Source: Chrysomallon squamiferum (taxonomy: Eukaryota > Animalia > Mollusca). From it: DNA of 64,000 bases. Within the stretch, counting starts at the first letter, position 1. Each line of letters opens with the position of its first letter. Position numbers and translations under genes: made by a program. Location: contig CM022672.1 of the NCBI GenBank assembly GCA_012295275.1, positions 26,722,001 through 26,786,000 of the forward strand, read 5' to 3'. Of the stretch, positions 13,046 to 22,740 are shown piece after piece. Below the pieces are notes generated by a model. That model saw nothing but the letters and a program-made list of their open reading frames with translations, was not told where the DNA came from and searched no databases.

Positions 13046-13858
13046 TAGATGTTAAATTGTACACAATGAGAACCAGTAAATTGTAAGATCATTTGATTTG
13101 AAACATATGTTTCATAAATTTTTATATAAATACATTTCTCTAAAATTTGTTAAACACAGCAGAAAAATTATCCAATTTCAATACATCAAATATATGGCAT
13201 TGTCTAAAATGGTTATACAAAACTAGATGAATCCATCCTTTAGGAAAATTTAATACAAGCCAACAATTTTAAAAGAGATTTCTATAGATGTTAAAGGTAC
13301 TGAATGAGAACCAGTAAATTGTAACTATTTGATTTGAAATGTTTGTCCAAAGAATTTTTCAAAAGCAATTTTTCTTTCTGTTTGCCTTTTTAAAATGAAT
13401 TTTTAGCCAGTTTTAGCATTTGTTATGGAATTAACATTTGTGACTTTTGACTTATGGAAAAGGGCCAGAAATTGTATCATTAACAAATATGTAAACAAAT
13501 CTGAAAAATTATATTAATTTCAATCTGACAGATGTATTATTCAGAATTAACCTTAATGAAAATTTCTTTGTAATACAATATGCCTATATTAGTTTTAAAC
13601 AAAAACAACAAAGTCACAGGAATCCATAGATATATATTTTTAATATCAAACTGAAAGTGAACAATAAAAAAGTTGAGACATTTTACATGATCTGTAATTG
13701 AGCTCAGATTATGAAGACATTGGTCACAGTACAATGAACACATTGAAAAGCTGATTATATGATAGCAAAATATTATTTTCTTTTACAAAAGGGTATAAAT
13801 CCTAGCATAATTTTATATTTATTTATTAATATTTATTATTATTATTATTATTATTTTG

Positions 13859-13891
<33 letters not shown>

Positions 13892-15979
13892 TTATTTTAT
13901 TATATATCTTTATTTTATTTTTATTATTTTTCTTTATTTTGTTTATTAATTTACATATTGATTTTATTATATATATATTTTTTTTAAATATATTCTTTAG
14001 AAATGAAATTCAATAATTTTGTTCTCATCATTTTTGCCAGTCTCACTGAACAGGCTGCACTTAAAAACTTATTTACAAAAACTGTTTATGTCCATCCATT
14101 ACATACACTACATAAAGCAATACACAACCATTTTGTTTTTTTATTAAAAATTATTTTTAAAAACTCAAAACATATATTACATGTACATTATTTTATAAAC
14201 GGTCCCTGAAATAATATTATAATATCAAAGCACATATAAAGAGAAAAAAAAATTGATGCAGTAGCTCAGACACAAAATTAATTTGGAGGTAGAAAGTATT
14301 TAAAGATTTTTCTCTGCAATATATTTAAAATTAAAATAATAATAATAATAATAATTACAATAATAATTTTATTACCAGTATTCATTTTTGTGATGGACAA
14401 AAAAGAAGAAAAAACAACAACAATAAAACAATTACAGTTAAACTTTAATAACAATAAAGTAACAAAATCGTAACTTGTATCAAACTCTTGTTTACTATTT
14501 TATTTATTTATTTAAATTTATTTAATTTGTTATGAACTAACAAAAAAAAATAGGACCACAAAATATTGGAAACAGCAATAAATATATTTTAACTTTTGGT
14601 TTTATTTGGCCTAATTTTATATTTATTAAATTGAAATAAAATTATGGATATTATCTTTTTTTATTTGGTTACATTTAAATAATTTATATATGATTCCAAT
14701 ATAAATGAAAGTGAAAGCTGAACAATTTAATGGGATATATATATATATTTGGCTAGAAAGATTCATGTATGTACCAATAAAAAACATGAAATACAAAAGG
14801 ACTATATATATATATTTATATATATTTACTTTATATACATTAAAATACAAACACCACCATGTAATGTGAATTTAAAAGCAATACAGACATGTTACACAAT
14901 TATACAAGATTATGAAAACAAAATCATGACTATAATTTTATTTTAATATATGTAATAAGCTGTGATTTATTAAATGCTTTTTGTTCGAGCTGTCTCAAAG
15001 TTCATCTCAACCATTTATTTGTATGACTGGATTTTGTACAATCATTCTAATGTCTAATCATAACTTGAACATTGTTTAGCTAAACTAGTTTGGTTTAGCA
15101 TAATGGCTTTTAACTCTAATGCATCTAACAGTGATCTTATCAATTAAGATACAAATGCTTGATTCCTGACTTTTAATAAATTTGATAAACTGACGAACAT
15201 ATTCAAGAAAAAAATAAAAATAAAAATTAAGGGAAGTTAAAACACATCAACTGAAAACTGTTGACCAGTACTTGTACAAAGCCATTGTAACAGAGTACCC
15301 AAACAAGAAATTTTCAAAACAGTGCTACCAAAATTAGTTGGTAAATGTAAATGTTTATCCTTGCTCAACAATGACATCAAAAATATTACTTAAAATTCAA
15401 ATACCCTTTATGCTAATTATGTTCATAAATTTTTTACTTCTATTGCTTACTTCATAACAGGCAATTTATCATCTGTTCCAGCTTAAAACTCATCTTATGA
15501 CTGCTTATCATTTGCAATTACACTTGAATTAAAATTTACAATGTCAATAACAGCCATTTATTTAGTTTATATTAAAAATAAATAGTAATCATTTGTCATT
15601 TTCATTCACTAAACAACACTGTTAAAATTCTGATCAACCAAAAAAAAAAAGAGGTAAATCACAAATATATACATCTTTATACAAACTCAAGATAAAAAAA
15701 AAGGAAAGTAAATTACGATATGCAAAATGTTTGTGATTAACAGAAAATTATTAGATTTTGTGAATCAAATTTTCTTTTGAAAAAAATCAAAATCAAAACA
15801 TCATATGATCGGTTATTTTGGAAATTTCTTTACAGCTGCATAATAGTTACATATAAACTGCCATTTCTCATTAAATCTTGGCATGTCAAAGTCATAAAAT
15901 ATGACACTATATTCTTGGAGATAAGGCAGATTTGCTCAAGTTCGTATGTGGTTGAAAATATAAAAATGACACCACTGTT

Positions 15980-16186
15980 CTAGAATTCTGTTTTTTGTCC
16001 TCGTTTCACAAATGACTGCAACAGGTCAATAGGTAAAGGGAAAATAATGGTGGAGTTCTTTTCTGCTGAGATGGTATTCAGAGTCTGGAGGTATCGGAGC
16101 TGGAGGGCAGCAGGTGATTCAGAAATGACATCAGCAGCTTCTTTGAGAGCTCGTGATGCTTTCTGTTCTCCTTCTGCAGCTATCAC
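15980..16186 (-). CDS. STOM: Stomatin last coding exon ([68 protein letters not shown])
   Basis: cacacag| acceptor, 207 nt. [10 protein letters not shown] and [10 protein letters not shown] are hallmark stomatin motifs. Confidence 0.97.
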   Translation of the reverse strand: MIAAEGEQKASRALKEAADVISESPAALQLRYLQTLNTISAEKNSTIIFPLPIDLLQSFVKRGQKTEF

Positions 16187-16505
16187 CTGTGTGCAGGTAA
16201 AACGGATTACAATTATTTTATCTATATGTGTCTATCACACACGTCCACACTGTTATTTTGTTGGCATGTTATTATTACTTATTTATTTTATTTTTTATAA
16301 ATATTAAAAAGTTTTATTGAGTTTGTATTACATCTGATAATGTAATAATGATTAATCTAATAAATATTTATTTTAATTATATATGTTAAAGTGTATAATA
16401 CAGTTCCAAATTTGGTATGTTTTAACAGACTAAGTTTTAAGAAAATATAAAAACAAGTCTGAAACGTAAGTTTGACAAATCTATTTCAGTTTCAGAAAAT
16501 CTTAC

Positions 16506-16584
16506 CTTAGCTCTAGCTTCTCTGGTAGCTTCTGCTTCAGCGGCCATAGCTCTCTGCAGTTGTACAGGCAGACGGACGTCTTTA
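16506..16584 (-). CDS. STOM: Stomatin exon (KDVRLPVQLQRAMAAEAEATREARAK)
   Basis: gtatag| acceptor and AAG|gtaag donor, 79 nt, phase 2 to 0. Coiled-coil AMAAEAEA motif. Confidence 0.96.
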
Positions 16585-18531
16585 CTATACACAGAAACAT
16601 TTACATTTGAAATATTATATTTTAAGTTATATATATAAAACATCAGAAATCACTAGAATTAAGACTGCAAAAACTTTGTTATAAACTTGAAATATTTAAA
16701 ATAATTGTTTTAACAATCTGAAATAATTTAACTTGTCTATACGTTATTTATACTTAGTTTTGTTCATAATCATAGTCATAAATTAAATATTTTTAAAATA
16801 CTCATTACAAGGTTGTTGATACTGAAACAAACTAAAATTAATATTTCTGAATTTGGAAAAGAAATTTCTTAATAATTTTCTGTTAAAAATAAATAATTTA
16901 CCAAATTTCTGAGTCTGTTTTAAGAAAATTAAAATATATATATTTTTTTTACATAATATATAAACTATACTCAAAGAAAGAAAAAAAGTTTTTCTATTAT
17001 CTGACATTAAGGAAACAGAACAACTGAATTGGAATTTAAATACATTATTAGTTACTCTGGCATAATCATTGTTACTTCAGATAAAGTCTGTAGAATACTG
17101 TTATTTCTGAATTATTTCTGTTTTATTTCTACTCATGACTCAGGCAATGCAGAGCTGTCACAATGTTGACATGGAAAAAGGCTTTTAAACTGCCCTCAAA
17201 TTGCAAGGTCTGGGTGGTGTTACCCATGTAAAGAGTAATGATTAACAAAATGAGAGAGAATATTTGAATATTCTGTTACCTTGTGAGATGACACAAGATG
17301 ATACAGACCATAGTGCATCTGGTTCACATAACTGATTTGCATATGTTTACTCAACAGTTAACTGATACAGCTCTGAAGGACATTCCAACTAAACCTATTG
17401 TGATTAATTGCCATCTGTGCAATTCCATTGTCCTTCATGCTATGTTCAAAGGGAATAACTGAGTAATGGAAGACAGCAGCACCAAATAACCAAATCTGGT
17501 GTGTGAACATACTATCTTTCAGTAAAAGGCTTGAGAAGCATAGTACATTTTACTCTCTCATTCTTTCTACAGAATACTCTTGTCAAAATTATCAGTGACA
17601 TTAAAGTTGTAGTTCCTTGTCAATTGGTATAATTCATTATTTCTAAAACTGCTTAATTTGTTCAAAAGTATATTATTAAACAGAACAAATGTTAAAATAT
17701 AAACATGCAGTAAATTTAATACAAATAATCTAAATAATGTTAAAACTATAGCTTTGGAATATCCTAAAAAAAACCACCATATTTAAAATAAATAAATAAA
17801 TAAATAAATAAAACTATTGTGAAATTAGTCTTTTATAGTTAGTTATTATGATAATAATATAAAGTAAAGTATACAAAGCTTTTTTTTAATTATTGAATAC
17901 AGAGAAGATTATAATAATAATTTTATTTTATTAATTTTTTATTTTTTTGTTTAGTAAAAGTTAATAATTCATGAAACAATTAGTATATAACAAAACTATT
18001 TAAATAGTTTCTCTTTTGTAATACTACTGGCTGCAATTGGAACAAAATTATTGTTTTTTTCCCCAATTTTATTTATTTCATGCATGATAAGAAAACCAAA
18101 AATTCACTTTCTAAACTTCAAGATAATCTGTTAAAATATCAGTTAAATTTCAAAATATGTGTTGTCTTAAAATGAAACTATATGATGCTGTAGATCTCAA
18201 AACTATTTTTTTGAAAATAAGCAGAGACAAAAAAGGCTTGTGAAAAAATATCAAAAGAGCCATCTTTAAGTATGTATGCTTATAAAATTTATTTATTTAC
18301 TTATTTATTTCTTTATTTTGCTGAATGCTTCACATTTTTAGTATAACAAGTCTACAATCCATGTTAGCAACTCTATTCACAACAAAAAATCAATGTGCAC
18401 ATGTTTTTAGACGATAAGAAATAATAACAATAAAAGTTGTATGGGTGAATACTCTCTGGATGGCTCAGATGAATGGATAAAGCAAGCCACACAAAAAATA
18501 AGCATTCTGTTAATACAGGTTTCATACTCAC

Positions 18532-18587
18532 ACTTCAACACGCTCCACTTTTACACCCCATGGATCGGTAGCTTCATCAAGACTTGA
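18532..18587 (-). CDS. STOM: Stomatin mutually exclusive exon B, canonical (SSLDEATDPWGVKVERVEV)
   Basis: ctctttag| acceptor, GT|gtgagt donor, branch-like CACTGAC at 18614-18620, 56 nt, phase 0 to 2. Confidence 0.95.
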
Positions 18588-19356
18588 CTAAAGAGTAGAT
18601 GGGAAAAGTTTTTGTCAGTGCTAAATTCACATGCCTTTTCTATTGTTACTCAATCTGCAGCCATTTGTTTTAGTTCACAGTTTGTACTTGTTAGAGAAGG
18701 TTTTGTTAAAATTAAATAATAAAATTGGGGATAAGGCAGTTAATTTTTTGAAATTATGTTAGTTAAAAAAATATATATTTTGCTATGTGTTTATATAAAT
18801 AATAAATTAAAAAATAATAATAAAATAAATTATGCTGTAAGCATAAAAAGTAAATAAATAGTAAAGTAAAAAATGAAAATAAAAAATAAATAGAAAATAA
18901 AATGGAAAATTGAATGAATAGCTTAATAGCTAAAATAATTCAGAAGCAATTTTTTTTTCCATCCATTTTGTTCATATGCACAATTTTTTTTTTTTTAAAT
19001 CATATATTATTAGTTTATGCTTGATTTGTTTTCTTCACTTTATTAATTACAAATGAAACAAAACAAATGGCTGTAGATAAATAATGCAACAAAAGAGGGA
19101 ACATAAACATGTAATTGAAAACCACATTAAATGATGAGAAACAGTGCTACTTGCTATATAGAATGGTGTTAATGCTAAGCAAACAATCCAGACATGATGT
19201 TCTTAATGTTTGCAAGAAAAATTCTGATACTTACTGCAGGAAAAATGACAAATACATTTTTTTGTTTTAAATTTCTACAAATATAATCTCTCAGATTGCA
19301 AATTTAAAAAGTCAGTTTCTAACTTTGTCCTAATACAACTGATGCAATTTCACATA

Positions 19357-19392
<36 letters not shown>

Positions 19393-19537
19393 TCTTTCCG
19401 TTTATTTTAATATTATTACTTTTTTGATTTTTGCAACATTAATTAATTTTGTTTCATAACCATATCTGGATCTTTCTAACCAGCATATAGCACAACACAA
19501 CTACATGCAAGACCAGTCCTTGTGTTGGTGTACTTAC

Positions 19538-19593
19538 ATTTCAACACGCTCAACACAAATACCCCACGGCTCAGTGCACTCATCAAGATTAGT
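19538..19593 (-). CDS. STOM: Stomatin mutually exclusive exon A, variant (TNLDECTEPWGICVERVEI)
   Basis: gttgcag| acceptor, AT|gtaagt donor, 56 nt, same phases as exon B, open frame, clearly paralogous peptide. Confidence 0.9.
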
Positions 19594-20926
19594 CTGCAAC
19601 AGTATGAATTTCAAGTCAACACGCTTGACTTGTCACATGCATATATAGACTGAGGCAGTGACAGAATGTTGTGCTTTATGCTGAATAACTGATATTATAA
19701 TAATAAAATATATCGGGAAAAAATCATAATCTTAAATATTTTGGTTTATGCTGACTCAGCTATAATTAAATGTTTGGTAAACTTGTAACCTTATTAATCA
19801 TTTGAATTATGCTGAAACTATTATAAATTTAAAAAAAAAAAAAAAATAAATTATTTTTTTAAAAATCATAAATTGATTTCAAGATGATATATGACTGTGC
19901 GTGTGCGTGTGTGTGTGTGTTTAAAAATCAGTTCCTTTAAGAAATTTTGTGCTTTATGTAGAATAACTTATATAATGATGAAATGTTTCTATAACATCAT
20001 CATAAATGCATTACAGAACTGGAATGTTTGAAAAAATTAATATAAGTTAATATAATTTATATTGAACATGCGGCTTAAGTATAATCAGTATTATTTGAAA
20101 GATTACATGTTCCAAAAAAGATGATATATTTTGATGAATGGTTTAGAAAATATGATGCATATTCAGATCAAATATTAGAAATGTTGTATTTCACATTGTA
20201 TGTAAACATTTTATTTTCAATTTTATCATCAATATAAAGTTTATTCTTAATAACTAACACATGATCAGTTGTTTAGAAAATATTTTGTTATCTTGTGCTA
20301 CATTTAACTGTTGTTGTATTAACTATAAGTTTAGTTCACAAGGAAAAATAGGAATAATTGAAAACATTTTAATAACTATCTTTGTAGATGTCAAATCTGG
20401 TTGAACAGAATTATTTCCCTTCTTTATATAAATGTAAACTGGGTGAAAAGGAATTTGATCCCTTAAATTTCTCTACTAAATTAAAACCATTCTTTATTAT
20501 TATTACTATTTAAATCTGTTTATTTGTAAAACAAAGGTTAAGTCATTTCAAAGATAAAAAAACAACATCTGAACAAACTGTCAACTATAGGGTGATAATA
20601 TAAACATTTTAATAAAATAAAAAAAGACAGGACAAATTTACAGAAAAGGGGAGATAATTACTTCTGTCATGGAGTGTGTGTACAGATATAGATAGACACA
20701 TAGACAGACAGACAGACAGATAGATAGATAGATAGATATAGATAGATAGGTATTCACATTATAAAATATTTTTAAATGGATTTTTTAAAATAAATTAATT
20801 AAATAATAATAAGAACAACAACAACAAAAATAACAATAATAATATAAAATAATAAATAAAAACAAATAAAAAAAACCCAATATATTATATAATAAATAAA
20901 ATCGAAATAAATAAATAAATAAATAC

Positions 20927-21130
20927 CTGCATAAGGTGACTGATGGATTCCCTCTCAGACAGAATTTCACTGAGATTTTTAGTTCCCAGGACGTTTCTCA
21001 GAGTTGTGGCTGACAGAAGACGTGTTGACCGGTTCGAATCCTCCACATTTGTGATCGACATGGTAGCATTTTGTACCCGGTAATATACAACAGCATCCAC
21101 AGCAACTGTCACTGAATCCTTTGTCAGTAC
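20927..21130 (-). CDS. STOM: Stomatin exon (VLTKDSVTVAVDAVVYYRVQNATMSITNVEDSNRSTRLLSATTLRNVLGTKNLSEILSERESISHLMQ)
   Basis: attcag| acceptor and CAG|gtattt donor, 204 nt, SPFH core. Confidence 0.97.
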
Positions 21131-21137
21131 CTGAATA

Positions 21138-21235
21138 GAAATGAAATGAAATGAAATGAAATGAAATGAAATGAAATGAAATAAATAAAATAAAATAAAA
21201 TAAAATAAAATAAAATAAAATAAAATAAAATAAAA
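21138..21235. repeat. (GAAAT)9 plus (AAAAT)n pentanucleotide microsatellite abutting a stomatin acceptor
   Basis: Directly visible. Confidence 0.92.
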
Positions 21236-21556
21236 AAAATAAAAAAAAAAAAAAATAAAATTAAATTAAAAAATAAAATAAAAATAAAATCATATAAAAA
21301 ATTATAAAAATAAATTTGTCTTTAAATTCTAAAAAAATGATAACTGTTTGTCTTAAATCTAAAAATTAATTAAAAAAAATAATAAAATAAAATAAAATAA
21401 AGAAATTTTAAAATTTTGAACAATGTACATGAATAGAAGTATTATTTATAAAAACATTTTCTCAGGTTTGTACTGCAATAATGTTGTATTTTCTGCAATA
21501 TAATATTTTGGTTTATTATGGAATTTCTCTGTAAGATCAAGTCTGATTTTAATCAC

Positions 21557-21639
21557 CTCCTGTGGTGGCACATCAAATGATACTGTCCTCATGTCTACCT
21601 TGGTGTACTGGTCCATGCAGGGAATAATGAAAAACAAAC
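21557..21639 (-). CDS. STOM: Stomatin exon (GLFFIIPCMDQYTKVDMRTVSFDVPPQE)
   Basis: tttttcag| acceptor and GAG|gtgatt donor, 83 nt, phase 1 to 0. Contains the conserved IPC cysteine. Confidence 0.97.
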
Positions 21640-22100
21640 CTGAAAAAGAATGAATGAACATATAACAACAATACATGAGTAAAAACAATTAACATTACCT
21701 GCTGTTAATTAATCAGATTTTACAATAAAAATAATTTAAAAAAAAACCTTTCAGAAAACAAAGAAAAAGAATTTTTATCATTTTAAACTGAAGTAGACAA
21801 CTTCAAAGAGTGGAGGGAAAGTAAATAAACAAAAAATAAACAAAACTTTAATTAAATATTTATAAACAAAAAATTAAATAAAATTAAAACAGTTTTTTTT
21901 TAATTCAGAAGAATAACTAATTGTCTGGCAGATCATTATAAATTTAGTGATAAATTTAAATATTACAACAATGCTCAGAAAGAACATTTTTTCAACATTT
22001 AATAAATTTAAATTTATTTAATATTAATCTATTAAACATACCAAAAAATATGAATAAATAAATAAATAAATATAATGAATACAGTCAATCTAATATTTAC

Positions 22101-22173
22101 CTGGTCCTTTGGCCCCACCAGATACAAGTCGCCCAAGTCGAAAAATGACAGCTCTTTCATATTCCTGAACTAC
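22101..22173 (-). CDS. STOM: Stomatin exon (VVQEYERAVIFRLGRLVSGGAKGPG)
   Basis: ttactag| acceptor and CCAG|gtaaat donor, 73 nt, phase 0 to 1. EYERAVIFRLGR signature. Confidence 0.97.
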
Positions 22174-22339
22174 CTAGTAACAGAAAATACAAATATCACA
22201 TTAGAGATATATTTCATTTCATTATAAAAATAATGATGCTTGCAATAAATAGGACATTTACTATGTTAACAGACAATTATAGTCTGTATCTGACTGTTTG
22301 GTTTTCTCCTGCTTAATCTTTTTAATAAAGCTTTCTAAT

Positions 22340-22740
22340 TTCTCAGAACTATCTCCCTTTTGTTAATTCCTTGTAACTCTTTTTCTCTCTTAACTCTCCT
22401 TTTTCCCTCTTTCTTTATAAACCTCTTCTTCATTTCTCACTTCTTAACTTTAACTCTCCTTCATCTTTCTCTCTTAACTTTCCTATCTCTCTCTTAACCT
22501 TTTCTAACTCTTTTTATTTGTCTCTTCACTCTAATTCTCCTCTCTCTATCTCTTATAATGCTTTCTAACTTCCTCTTTATCTCTTAATCTTGTCTATATT
22601 TCCCTCTTTTGCATTGATAACTTGCTAAACATTCTCTTTCTGACTCAGTCTTACAGTCATCTAGATAATTTCTTTATCTCCTTTTCTGTAGATAACTAAT
22701 AATCCAGATATATAAACTCCTAAATAAATCTCTCTTATTC
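22340..22740. repeat. CT-rich low-complexity tract with recurring CTCTTAACT
   Basis: Directly visible pyrimidine bias on +. Confidence 0.75.

Noticed and set aside
13023-13340. ~60 bp local direct repeat (CTATAGATGTTAAA..TGAGAACCAGTAAATTGTAA)
   Set aside because: An ordinary short duplication with no terminal-repeat or target-site features.
16047-16307. + strand 86-aa ORF, and likewise 27224-27484, 258-458 and 5150-5554
   Set aside because: Antisense or off-frame shadows of real exons.
17100-17600. Less AT-rich intronic stretch as a third exclusive exon
   Set aside because: No LDxxTxxWG-like peptide and no matching 56-nt splice frame; only a ~50-codon ORF without recognisable homology.
18477-19680. 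Two 8-nt complements between the intron upstream of exon A (19661-19679) and the intron downstream of exon B
   Set aside because: Short, separated by a very asymmetric loop, and the upstream arm is part of a local degenerate repeat (copies near 19745, 19808 and 19950), so it is plausibly chance.
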